NCBI GenBank assembly: GCA_043804925.1
Contig: JAZDIP010000106.1
Coordinates: 796 to 64,795, forward strand
Origin: a bacterium
GTDB lineage: Bacteria; Bacteroidota; Ignavibacteria; Kapaibacteriales; UBA2268
Direction of reading: 5' to 3'
Length of the DNA: 64,000 bases
Positions 1 through 9,407 of this stretch are shown here, in pieces. Every line of letters begins with the position of its first letter. The first letter of the stretch is position 1. The notes beneath the pieces were generated by a model. The model did no database searches and was not told where the DNA came from. It saw nothing but the letters and a program-made list of their open reading frames with translations. Both the position numbers and the translations under genes were made by a program.

Positions 1-302
1 AAAATAAATTTTTTGCTTTCAGGCAAAAAAAACAATATACAAAAATCGTGAGAATGATAAACAAAAATAATTTTTTAAAATTTTCCTGCTATATTTCTTT
101 AATTTTTGGAACTAAAGAAAGTGTATTTAAGGATAAAATAACTCAAAAATTATTCCAAATCCGATTATGTCCAATGCCGTATAATATACCTAAAAACTAT
201 TGTAAAACGAACATAATTATTTATTTTTGTTTAAAGAACAAATTACTATTTTAAATATAGATAAAATTTTCATAAATGCAAAAATTATGACAATAAATTA
301 AT

Positions 303-665
303 ATGGAATCTCCGGTAGATTTAAATGATAGGATAAAATACATAAGGGAGTTTTACGCTGAAACCTTGGAGGTTTTCTCCAAAAAGTTGAATACAAATAT
401 TTCCGTAATCTCAAGAATTGAAAATAAGAAAGTCTCCAAAATTGATGTTGACTTAATGATAAAAATTTGTAATACTTATCATATTAATCCAATTTGGCTC
501 TTGTTAGGTCAGGGGGACTTCATTCATGTTTTTGATTTTGTTAAACAACCACATATAGAAGAAAGGTTTACTAAAGTTTTAAAACTTTTAAATGAAATTA
601 ATAATGAAATTAATAAAATCAATCACCAATTAAATCTTACTATTTATTTTGATGAAAACAAATAA
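303..665 (+). CDS. XRE/Cro-C1-type helix-turn-helix transcriptional regulator
   Basis: 120-aa ORF. The N-terminal stretch LNDRIKYIREFYAETLEVFSKKLNTNISVISRIENKKVS fits the XRE HTH pattern (a conserved I/V-S-x-hE-xG-like turn). Confidence 0.6.
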   Translation: MESPVDLNDRIKYIREFYAETLEVFSKKLNTNISVISRIENKKVSKIDVDLMIKICNTYHINPIWLLLGQGDFIHVFDFVKQPHIEERFTKVLKLLNEINNEINKINHQLNLTIYFDENK

Positions 666-674
666 CATTTTGTT

Positions 675-702
675 CAACTTGAGTTGAAATACTTTTTAAC
701 CT
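675..702. terminator. Possible bidirectional intrinsic terminator between convergent genes
   Basis: Hairpin ttcaact-tg-agttgaa followed by a T-run (atacttttt). It sits between the stop of the + gene at 665 and the stop of gpmI at 703. Confidence 0.3.
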
Positions 703-2223
703 TTATACTAAGGCCATCCCCGTCATTTCAACAGGTTTTTCCTCACCCATTATTTTGAGTATTGTAGGAGCAACATCCGCTAAAATGCCATTATTAATTT
801 CGCTGTATTCATCGCTGACCAAAATGCAGGGAACAGGATTCATCGAATGAGCCGTATTAGGTGAACCATCCTCATTTTTTGCAAAATCGGCATTGCCATG
901 GTCGGCAATTATCATTACGGTATAATTATTTTTCTTTGCAGTTTCAACCACTTCACGAACACAATTATCTACTGCTTCCACAGCTTTCAAAATAGCCGGA
1001 TATACTCCGGTATGTCCTACCATGTCGGCATTTGCAAAATTCAAAACAATAAAGTCAAACCTCTGACTGTCCAATTCCGTCAATAAAGCATCCTTGATTT
1101 TATAAGCACTCATTTCCGGCTGAAGGTCATAAGTAGCAACATGAGGAGAATCAATCAAAATCCTTTCTTCACGTTTAAATGGGGTTTCACGACCACCGGA
1201 AAAAAAGAAAGTAACATGAGCATACTTTTCGGTTTCGGCAATGCGTAGCTGTCTCTTTTTTAAGTGGGAAAGATATTCCCCGATTGTATTCGATACATGC
1301 TCTTTGTCGTAAATAATATGAACATGTTCGAATGAATCATCATAGCGGGTAATCGTAACATAATATAGATTCATTTTTTTCATGCCGTGTTCAGGTAAGT
1401 CTTTTTGCGTTAAAGCATAAGTGATTTCCCTCAGCCGGTCTGTCCTGAAATTGAAACAGATGAAAACATCTCCTTCTTCCAGCTTAGCCAAAGGTTCTCC
1501 GTTTTCGTCAACGGCAATAATGGGTTTTATAAATTCATCGGTAATATTTTCATCATAAGAATCCTGAACTGCCTTCAAAATGTCAGAAGTAGGTTTTCCT
1601 TTACCTTTGACCAACAAGTCATAACCTTTCTTCACACGTTTCCATCGTTTATCCCTGTCCATTGAATAATATCTGCCGCTAACTGTGGCAACTTGCCCTG
1701 TGGTATTTTTAAGATGCTCGATAAGGTCCCTTAAAAATCCATAACCGCTTCTAGGGTCTGTATCCCTGCCATCCATTAAAGCATGGACAAAGACTTTCTT
1801 CAAACCGAAATCTTTTGCTATTTCGCAAAGTTTATACAAGTGAATATGTGATGAGTGGACACCGCCATCAGAAAGAAGACCGATAAAATGAACATTTTTA
1901 TCATTTTTTTTGGCATAATTGAAAGCATCGACAAGTACTTTTTTTCTCGCAAGACTGCCATCTTCAACATCCAAATTTATCTTTACAAGGTCTTGGTTGA
2001 CTACACGTCCAGAACCGATATTCAAATGCCCGACTTCGGAATTTCCCATTTGCCCTTCAGGTAAACCGACATAATTCCCATGTGCGAACAACCATGAGTG
2101 AGGATATCTTTCAAATAGAGAATCCATATATGCTGTGTTGGCATTGTATATAGCATCAGACACGGATTTATCTCCAAGACCCCAGCCATCGAGTATTATT
2201 AATAAAGCTCTTCTATTTTCCAC
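703..2223 (-). CDS. gpmI: 2,3-bisphosphoglycerate-independent phosphoglycerate mutase
   Basis: 506 aa. N-terminal LIILDGWG, metal-binding ADHGN and a serine phosphotransfer region are typical of iPGM. The apparent start is GTG. Confidence 0.9.
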   Translation of the reverse strand: MENRRALLIILDGWGLGDKSVSDAIYNANTAYMDSLFERYPHSWLFAHGNYVGLPEGQMGNSEVGHLNIGSGRVVNQDLVKINLDVEDGSLARKKVLVDAFNYAKKNDKNVHFIGLLSDGGVHSSHIHLYKLCEIAKDFGLKKVFVHALMDGRDTDPRSGYGFLRDLIEHLKNTTGQVATVSGRYYSMDRDKRWKRVKKGYDLLVKGKGKPTSDILKAVQDSYDENITDEFIKPIIAVDENGEPLAKLEEGDVFICFNFRTDRLREITYALTQKDLPEHGMKKMNLYYVTITRYDDSFEHVHIIYDKEHVSNTIGEYLSHLKKRQLRIAETEKYAHVTFFFSGGRETPFKREERILIDSPHVATYDLQPEMSAYKIKDALLTELDSQRFDFIVLNFANADMVGHTGVYPAILKAVEAVDNCVREVVETAKKNNYTVMIIADHGNADFAKNEDGSPNTAHSMNPVPCILVSDEYSEINNGILADVAPTILKIMGEEKPVEMTGMALV

Positions 2224-2506
2224 TTTGTTTTTTAATAATAATTAATTTCAATTTTATATATCAGATTATAGACGTATAAAATCATTTATCTTTTATCATT
2301 TTTTTGATGAAGAAAGTATCAGTATTAAAAAGAACCGGCATTTTTTTTAAATAAATAATAATAAGATATTAGTAAGAAATACTAAGTCTTTGTAGTACTA
2401 AATACCATTTTTCATTGTTTCGAAAAAAAGATTTGGAAATAATAAAATAATTTAATATAATTATTAAATATGTTTATACTTTTTCACACTATATGTTGGC
2501 GTTCTT

Positions 2507-3931
2507 ATGTATGTGTACGAAGAATACAAAGTAAGATTGAAGATAACTGAAGAACCTGTTCAGGAAAAAAGTAGTACCGGATGCACGTCCTGCCGTAAGA
2601 AAATCGCTCAGGATACTTTCGATATGGTAGCCGGTGGCTCTCAATATTTACCTACAAATGAACCACAACCGGGATATTTCAAAACTGTTGAGGAGTTGTG
2701 TTATCAAAAACGATCGAACATTACTACACAGCATTTGGATAATGCCATTGACCAACTCTATGGTTTCAAATTACCTGAGACTAAGCGTGTGGATGCTATT
2801 GGTGAGTTGTATGGAGAAAAAAAAGAAAAATTCTTGCACTGGAATTATTTATGTGATGATAAAGACAATAATCATAATTTTCCTAATCAATATTATCTTG
2901 AACATTTATTATTTAAATCTTTTTTAAAAATTAATAATAAAAGCATAACATTAAAATTGGTTAAGCACGGTCGTTTTTATAACAAATCAATAAATATAGA
3001 AGATTGCTTATTCGAATTTCAAAAGAAAATTTGGTGTTCAAAGAGTTATCAAGCAGCTAAAAATTGTTATAATCAATTATTAAATTGCATTAGTAATAAT
3101 ATTAATATTCAATTAATAAATTTTTATAAAGGAATGACAGATGATGATATTGAAGAAAATGAAAAAAGAATTAAAGAATGGAAAGATAATTTTCTATCTG
3201 ATTTGATTTTTGATTACGATTATGCACTAAACAATGAACCATTAGATAAACTAATAAATTTAAATGGTAACCGAGATCAAAGTTGCTTTTGTTACGGTGA
3301 AGAACCTGTTTATTGCTGTTATCCGTATGATACGAATCAAAAACCACGTCCTGAATGCTTTTGTCCTGACTATTCACTAAAAAATTTGTGTAAACCTTGT
3401 GATGAAGGAAATACTATTCCAGCAGAAATTTGGGTTGAAACTCAATATTACCCATCTATGTCCGGTCATCCTGATACAAAAGGATGCGGTGGTGTTGGCA
3501 TTAAAGGTAGCAATGAAGGGTTTCTACAATATGCAATATATAGCAGAGAAAATAAACTCTTAAAATACACATCCGATGTATTAGATATTTGGGATATGAC
3601 AGAACAGAAAAATCCTTCTGATATTAAAACTGGTGCACGAAGAAGCTTCACTATGGTACTTCCAAAAGACTACCCTGTGAGGGTTATTGTTTGGATATAT
3701 CTGCCATGTGGTTTATGTTGCAAAGGTTCACCACCACATGAGAAAAGAATAGTATTGAAAAGGGAATTTGATTTCTGGTTTAAGTACGATTATAAATATC
3801 TCGAACAGTTTAATAATTGGGCTGAAAAAGTAATAGAGCATGAAGCTGTTTACTTCAAAGAAGTTATTGGCTGCCTTGAGCTATGTCAGGATCCCTTTGA
3901 GCCACTCCCGATACCACCAAGTTATATTTAG
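2507..3931 (+). CDS. Cysteine-rich hypothetical protein (paralog 1 of a duplicated cassette), no signal peptide
   Basis: 474 aa. The first ~70 aa are about 70% identical to the ORF at 5182. It shares the Cys motifs LNGxxDxxCxCxG...P-x-YCC-x-P...CxC...LCxxC and (L/F)PCxxCC. Confidence 0.7.
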   Translation: MYVYEEYKVRLKITEEPVQEKSSTGCTSCRKKIAQDTFDMVAGGSQYLPTNEPQPGYFKTVEELCYQKRSNITTQHLDNAIDQLYGFKLPETKRVDAIGELYGEKKEKFLHWNYLCDDKDNNHNFPNQYYLEHLLFKSFLKINNKSITLKLVKHGRFYNKSINIEDCLFEFQKKIWCSKSYQAAKNCYNQLLNCISNNINIQLINFYKGMTDDDIEENEKRIKEWKDNFLSDLIFDYDYALNNEPLDKLINLNGNRDQSCFCYGEEPVYCCYPYDTNQKPRPECFCPDYSLKNLCKPCDEGNTIPAEIWVETQYYPSMSGHPDTKGCGGVGIKGSNEGFLQYAIYSRENKLLKYTSDVLDIWDMTEQKNPSDIKTGARRSFTMVLPKDYPVRVIVWIYLPCGLCCKGSPPHEKRIVLKREFDFWFKYDYKYLEQFNNWAEKVIEHEAVYFKEVIGCLELCQDPFEPLPIPPSYI

Positions 3932-3954
3932 TGATTTTTTTCTGATTTTATACA

Positions 3955-5154
3955 ATGCAAAAAGAAATGAATATGTCAAAACAAAGGTATTTTGTGATAA
4001 TCACATTTTTGTTACTATCAATTTATTCCTTTAGTAAAGCTGATCAGTTAAATTATATCGTTCAAGATTACAATGATTTAAAAGATTATGATATTATTAA
4101 TAAAAATGAATGTGTTACATCCGGTAAACATGATGTTGCTAATAATTTGCAAGAACTTGTTGTTGTCGATTCCATAAGTATTGGTAGAATACATCTTCAT
4201 GATTTGGCATGGGACGGTAAAAATTTGTGGATAATCGTGAGTTTCCCGGAAGACCCTGACTCGATATTTAAAGTAGATCCTTCAAACGGTACTGTTTTAG
4301 ATTCATTTAAAATAGATATTGATTCCATGAGATATTCCCAAGGGTTGGCATGGGACCCGGATTCCCCTGGTGGTCCCTTTTTATGGTGTTCATCAGATGC
4401 ACATTATGATAAACCTGAAGAACCGGGAGAAATAGTAAAAATAAGAATCAAGGATTTTAGTGTAGAAGATGTATTTAATAATACGGATAAACATCCGGAT
4501 GGTATTGAATGGGACGGAAATATACTATGGATCAGTGCAAATTTCAAAGATGCTATTATGACACTTAATCCTTATACGAGAGAACTTAAATCTTTGTATT
4601 CCAAGTCAGGTTGGATAGAATATGCTTATCAAATTACTATTTCTAAATATGGAAATGGAAAATCATTACTTTGGATATGTAGTGATGATTATTTTTCTGA
4701 TGTAGATACTGTTTATGTTGTCGATCCACCAACTGGAAATATAATTCAAAAATTTTTAAATTATCAACCATCTAATTCAGGAATATGCTGGGACGATGGT
4801 TCACCCGGAGGTCCATATTTGTGGGTATCTGATTGGAGAACTCATATGATTTATAAAATTCAAGCTCCTGTGATTTTTAATAATAAAGATACGATTAGAA
4901 CAACTTTTTCCATATATCCCAATCCCTTCATTCAAAAAACAACAATTCAATTCTATCTTTATCATCCCGAAAAAATAAATCTAACAATATATAATTTGCT
5001 TGGATATAAATTAGCTGTTTTAGCAGACGAATATCTGAGTGAAGGTAACCATGAATTCACATTCGACGGCTCTGCTTTAGCCAGTGGTACGTATTACTAT
5101 GTACTTCAAGCAAATGGGAAAGTAGAATCAGGTAAACTGATTTTGATTAAGTGA
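3955..5154 (+). CDS. Secreted beta-propeller-repeat protein with T9SS C-terminal sorting domain
   Basis: Signal peptide MSKQRYFVIITFLLLSIYSFSKA. There are four repeats of the (G)xAWD(G)xxLW blade motif (glutaminyl-cyclase/YVTN-like). The C-terminus ...FTFDGSALASGTYYYVLQANGKVESGKLILIK is a type IX secretion CTD. Confidence 0.75.
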   Translation: MQKEMNMSKQRYFVIITFLLLSIYSFSKADQLNYIVQDYNDLKDYDIINKNECVTSGKHDVANNLQELVVVDSISIGRIHLHDLAWDGKNLWIIVSFPEDPDSIFKVDPSNGTVLDSFKIDIDSMRYSQGLAWDPDSPGGPFLWCSSDAHYDKPEEPGEIVKIRIKDFSVEDVFNNTDKHPDGIEWDGNILWISANFKDAIMTLNPYTRELKSLYSKSGWIEYAYQITISKYGNGKSLLWICSDDYFSDVDTVYVVDPPTGNIIQKFLNYQPSNSGICWDDGSPGGPYLWVSDWRTHMIYKIQAPVIFNNKDTIRTTFSIYPNPFIQKTTIQFYLYHPEKINLTIYNLLGYKLAVLADEYLSEGNHEFTFDGSALASGTYYYVLQANGKVESGKLILIK

Positions 5155-5181
5155 ATATTGAATAGTGAAAAATGAAAAATT

Positions 5182-6615
5182 ATGACTCCATACGAAGAAT
5201 ATAAAGCAAGATTGAAAGTTACCAAAGAAGGCACTGAGAGCAAAAACAGCGGCGAATGTACACCCTGCAGATTAAAAATTGCACAGGATACTTTCAATAT
5301 GGTAACCGGTGGTTCCCAGTATTTGCCAACAAATGAACCATTGCCGGGATACTTTAAGACAGTAGAGGAGTTGTGTTATCCATACCACAACAACACTGAC
5401 AACAGGCATCTTGAAAATGCGATTGACAGGTTGTATGGGAGGAAGATGCCGGATTATAATCCGGATGATGTAATTGGGGAGTTATATGGATTTTTTCCAC
5501 ACGGAAGAATTATTGATGATTCTGACAAGCCACAAGGGATTCCAGAACAACCCAGTTCTGAAAAGTTTGGAACTGATGTGCCAATTGATCTACCTTGTTG
5601 GGAAGATGATTATATTGACCATATTTTTTGGTTTTTTAGGCGGCAGGATGTTTTTAATCTTGATTCTGAAGGAAATTTATTTTTAAAATTTCCAAATAGA
5701 ACATTATCATTAAACATTAAAGATATTACATACAAACTAATAAAAGAAATATTTTGCAGAAAAAGCAGAGAATCTACAGGATTTCTATACTGGAACTTTT
5801 TTTTAACATTAATAAAGGATTCAATTGAAAAATTTTTATTAGAAAATGCCACTTTTGATGAAGTTGAATATTATCATAAAATAATAGAAGAAGAAATAGT
5901 CGAAAAAATTTTATATGATGGCTCATTAGCACAAGGAGATGGTGCTCCCTTAATTCAGGGAATACCTGATAGATTTTTAAATCTAAATGGAATTCATGAC
6001 AGAAATTGTCTTTGTGGTGGACCTTATCCAACATATTGTTGTGAGCCTGAAAAAAATCCTGAACTTTGTTATTGTAACGGAGAGATTAGGAATTTATGTG
6101 ATTTTTGCAAAATTGATTTGCCATTACCAAGTGTCTTAAAAATTTGGAGTAAGTCTGATTCAAGCCAAGAAAAATGTGGCTATGAAATCTATAAAGAAGA
6201 AGATATTAATAGTGAAGAAATTGATAGATTATCTTCAATTACTTACCATGTATTAGGTTTAACTTCTTATGGAAGGGCATTTGGAAAATATAATTTCAAT
6301 GATTTAGAATATTGCGATGAATACAATGATCAAAGAAAGTTACCTTTAGAAGTTCCAATTGATGAAGAATGTGATATTTTATTAGTTTTAAGCTTCCCTT
6401 GTAATTGGTGTTGTAATATTAAAATATCTGAAGATCCACCAATTTGGGAGAAAACAAATCGAAGGCGAGATATACAATTTGAACTGAAAAACTTCAATTA
6501 TCAAGAATGGATAAAAAAGAATAAATATGAAAGGGAACATTTCCTAAATTTGGATATAATTTTAGATGGGGAAAGCGGTTCAGAGGAATTTACTAAAGAT
6601 TGTGTTTCTTGCTAA
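5182..6615 (+). CDS. Cysteine-rich hypothetical protein (paralog 2), no signal peptide
   Basis: 477 aa. Paralog of 2507..3931: MTPYEEYKARLKVTKEG...CTPCRLKIAQDTFNMVTGGSQYLPTNEP matches MYVYEEYKVRLKITEEP...CTSCRKKIAQDTFDMVAGGSQYLPTNEP. It has the same Cys-rich modules. Confidence 0.7.
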   Translation: MTPYEEYKARLKVTKEGTESKNSGECTPCRLKIAQDTFNMVTGGSQYLPTNEPLPGYFKTVEELCYPYHNNTDNRHLENAIDRLYGRKMPDYNPDDVIGELYGFFPHGRIIDDSDKPQGIPEQPSSEKFGTDVPIDLPCWEDDYIDHIFWFFRRQDVFNLDSEGNLFLKFPNRTLSLNIKDITYKLIKEIFCRKSRESTGFLYWNFFLTLIKDSIEKFLLENATFDEVEYYHKIIEEEIVEKILYDGSLAQGDGAPLIQGIPDRFLNLNGIHDRNCLCGGPYPTYCCEPEKNPELCYCNGEIRNLCDFCKIDLPLPSVLKIWSKSDSSQEKCGYEIYKEEDINSEEIDRLSSITYHVLGLTSYGRAFGKYNFNDLEYCDEYNDQRKLPLEVPIDEECDILLVLSFPCNWCCNIKISEDPPIWEKTNRRRDIQFELKNFNYQEWIKKNKYEREHFLNLDIILDGESGSEEFTKDCVSC

Positions 6616-6684
6616 TCTATTTGGTCAATACATTCTTCTATTAAATATTGATATTTAAATTTATTAGATATTTTTTTAAAATTT

Positions 6685-7935
6685 ATGAAAAAAATTTATT
6701 TTTTAATATTAATATTTTTTTGTCTCATTTTTTTAACTAATGAGAATTATTTGATATCTTCTACATACTGGGAAAATACTAATTTCAATTACAATATTGA
6801 AATTACATGTATAGGTATAGATAGTTCAAATCATATACGTGTAGGTTCATCAATCGGGTCATATAGTTTTTCTAATAAATGGAGAAAAGACAGAGATGAT
6901 TCATTACTAGTAAATAATATTAAAGTTTTGAGATTTGAAAACTCAGGATTATATTTATGTTATATAATATATAACAATATAATAGATGATAACAGTTTTA
7001 TTTATGAATATTTCGGAAATGGTTATCAAATATTTGGAAGGAGTTTAAAATCAATTATTACATCACTTGTAGCATATAATAAATATTATCCTTTTATTTC
7101 TGTTATTGGAGATTCAATAAAAGGAGGAGTTAATATAATGGATTTTTCTGAGGATAGTGGCTGGCGGCCTTTAAATAATGGTTTACCAGTAGAAAATGAC
7201 AGTATAAAAGCATTAGACATTATTAACAAAAACGATACATTGTTTGTTGCTCTGAGTAATGGGCTGTACTATTCAACAAATGATGGTGAGATATGGCTAC
7301 CGGTCTCATTTTTTAATGGTCTCGAAGTTGACAAATTCGTTTTGAATACAAAGAATGATTTATATTTTATAGTTTCCGGTACTGCTGAAAAAAGCGGTCT
7401 ATACAAAAACAATGTAAAAATATTCGATGATGTTTTGCCACTATCAGCAGTGGCGATCAACAGGAATGATGATGTTTTTGTTTCGTCAAGTATCAGAGGC
7501 AGGGGTGTCTTATGGACAAGCGACAATGGTACTGATTGGCAAGAAATGTACGACGGCTTGGACAGTTGCGAAATAACAGCTTTAATATGTGATTTGGATG
7601 GTTATATATATGCCGGAACAAACGGACAGGGCATTTACAAAAGCTTGAAATCCACAACAAAAGTTGACGAAATCGCCAAAGATGAATTATTCGTATCTCC
7701 CAATCCCTTCTCCGAAAAAACAAGAATTTCGTTTAATCTCGAAAATTCGGCTTATACAAAAATTATTGTTTACAATTCTCTGGGATTTGTAATTGATGTT
7801 TTAACAGATGAATATCTCAGCGAAGGACTGCACGAATTTACATTCGACGGCTCTGCTTTAGCCAGCGGGACGTATTATTACGTTTTGCAGGCAGACGGAA
7901 AAGTAGAAACAGGGAAGCTGGTTTTGATTAAGTGA
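6685..7935 (+). CDS. BNR/Asp-box repeat protein with T9SS C-terminal sorting domain
   Basis: Signal peptide. Asp-box-like motifs YYSTNDGEIW and LWTSDNGTDW. The C-terminal 45 aa are near-identical to the CTD of 3955..5154, at the DNA level as well. Confidence 0.75.
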   Translation: MKKIYFLILIFFCLIFLTNENYLISSTYWENTNFNYNIEITCIGIDSSNHIRVGSSIGSYSFSNKWRKDRDDSLLVNNIKVLRFENSGLYLCYIIYNNIIDDNSFIYEYFGNGYQIFGRSLKSIITSLVAYNKYYPFISVIGDSIKGGVNIMDFSEDSGWRPLNNGLPVENDSIKALDIINKNDTLFVALSNGLYYSTNDGEIWLPVSFFNGLEVDKFVLNTKNDLYFIVSGTAEKSGLYKNNVKIFDDVLPLSAVAINRNDDVFVSSSIRGRGVLWTSDNGTDWQEMYDGLDSCEITALICDLDGYIYAGTNGQGIYKSLKSTTKVDEIAKDELFVSPNPFSEKTRISFNLENSAYTKIIVYNSLGFVIDVLTDEYLSEGLHEFTFDGSALASGTYYYVLQADGKVETGKLVLIK

Positions 7936-8032
7936 AAAACGAATAGTGAAAAATGAAAAAGTCGGGAGAAGGGAAAAGGAGCGGGGACTTTAGAAAATAG
8001 ATGATTGAAATAGATTCCTGCATTCGCAGGAA

Positions 8033-8195
8033 AGACAGTGTTTTAATTTTTTTCGTAGGAATGACAGCGTTTTAAATTTTTTCGCAGGAATGACAGTGTT
8101 TTTATTTTTTTCGCTGGAATGACAGCGTTTTAAATTTTTTCGCAGGAATGACAACTTCTTATATAACAATCGCAGGAATGGCATAAACCTTCTGT
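8033..8195. repeat. Tandem repeat, ~30-bp unit TTCGCAGGAATGACAGCGTTTTAAATTTT x ~5.5, followed by an inverted partial copy (gtcattctgac)
   Basis: Directly visible head-to-tail copies with no unique spacers. It lies in a convergent intergenic region. Confidence 0.8.
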
Positions 8196-8270
8196 CTTTC
8201 TGTGTTTCCGCTTTTCGGTCATTCTGACTTAAGATTTCTCTTTAAATCAATTTTCAGATAATGTAAAAAT

Positions 8271-9230
8271 TTAAATCTGAGATTTCAAAAGCTGATTGAA
8301 TTTTTCTGCTATTGCTTTGGCTTCATTTTTTGTCGAGAATACTGCTCCGTTGAACATCCAATAATGGTCTCCATTTACGTGTTTTGTCATCAAAATCCAC
8401 TGTTTTTTCCTGAATACAACAGGCATGCTCGGTTCGACCAGCCACATTGGGTTTCCTTTGACACTGTCATTTTTCATAAAGACGACTTCTTCGATATAAT
8501 TGGCATCCGGTTGAAAACCTGCAACAGATTTCTTTCGTTTCACCCAAAGCGTGTTTGTTGTCCAGTCAATTCCGCATTTAATCTTCGTTTTAGCCAAAGT
8601 TCTCCATGGGAAAAAAGTGAGAAAACAAATGACAGAAATGAGAAACATAATAGGTGCCATATCAGCATCACGCTTTTCACCCAATATTATCAACCCTATA
8701 AAAGCAAAAAATCCGCCGACTGCAAAGGGTGCTGTATGTGATGCCTCCAGCCATCCTCTGCTTCGCCAGACTGTCTGTTCAAATTGTGGGGATTTTTCGG
8801 ATGTGTCAATCAATTCCTCTTTGATATTATCGATATCTGTTGGCAAAACATGCCGTTTTCTTATTGGGAATGTCCCCTGTGAAGCAAAGTATTCAGCACG
8901 GATTTCCCGTTTGTCAAAAGTAATTTCCTTCCTTGCGATTTTCAATACTTCATCATTTGTTATTTCTTTGCCTGTTTCGGAATATTTAATAGAATTGTTT
9001 TCAATGAAGAAAGCTTCGACATCTTCTCTTCCATATCTGATAACAAAACTAGGAGGACACAAATCCCCTGAAGAATAATCGAGATTATCCCTTATTCCTT
9101 TTAGCTTTTCCAATAATTCCAAAGTTTTATAATCTGATAAATTTTCAAAGTCAATAGTATCAAAACTTCCGCTTGCAGTTGTCAGGTTTTCGTCTATTCC
9201 CTGTACCGATAATGTAAAATACTTTGCCAT
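8271..9230 (-). CDS. Hypothetical membrane protein (two central TM helices)
   Basis: 319-aa ORF with ATG start preceded by AGGAG. It has hydrophobic segments APFAVGGFFAFIGLIILG and IMFLISVICFLTFFPW. No recognisable catalytic motifs. Confidence 0.55.
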   Translation of the reverse strand: MAKYFTLSVQGIDENLTTASGSFDTIDFENLSDYKTLELLEKLKGIRDNLDYSSGDLCPPSFVIRYGREDVEAFFIENNSIKYSETGKEITNDEVLKIARKEITFDKREIRAEYFASQGTFPIRKRHVLPTDIDNIKEELIDTSEKSPQFEQTVWRSRGWLEASHTAPFAVGGFFAFIGLIILGEKRDADMAPIMFLISVICFLTFFPWRTLAKTKIKCGIDWTTNTLWVKRKKSVAGFQPDANYIEEVVFMKNDSVKGNPMWLVEPSMPVVFRKKQWILMTKHVNGDHYWMFNGAVFSTKNEAKAIAEKFNQLLKSQI

Positions 9231-9407
9231 TGTTTTCTCCTTTCATTTTAATAGATATTAAAAGAACTTTGCAATTTAATAATTTTCTGGTTCCATTTAA
9301 AATATTTTAAAATAATAATGGCTTAAATACAAAAATTCAATTTCTTATTGCATTATTATCCCGATTTAGTTAATTTAAAAAATTAGATTATGATAAATGG
9401 AGGTGTA

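Noticed and set aside
48-254. 68-aa ORF at the window start
   Set aside because: Low-complexity AT-rich translation, no RBS, and it sits in a probable promoter region for the XRE gene.
7990-8184. 64-aa minus-strand ORF (MPFLRLLYKKLSFLRKNL...)
   Set aside because: It lies entirely within the 30-bp tandem repeat. The repetitive peptide is an artefact of translating the minisatellite.
8033-8195. Possible CRISPR array
   Set aside because: The repeats are contiguous with no unique spacers, and there are no cas genes nearby. This is a minisatellite, not CRISPR.
8364-9078. Two + strand ORFs (125 and 175 aa) antisense to 8271..9230
   Set aside because: They are fully nested antisense within a better-supported gene that has RBS and ATG. 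They have no independent support.
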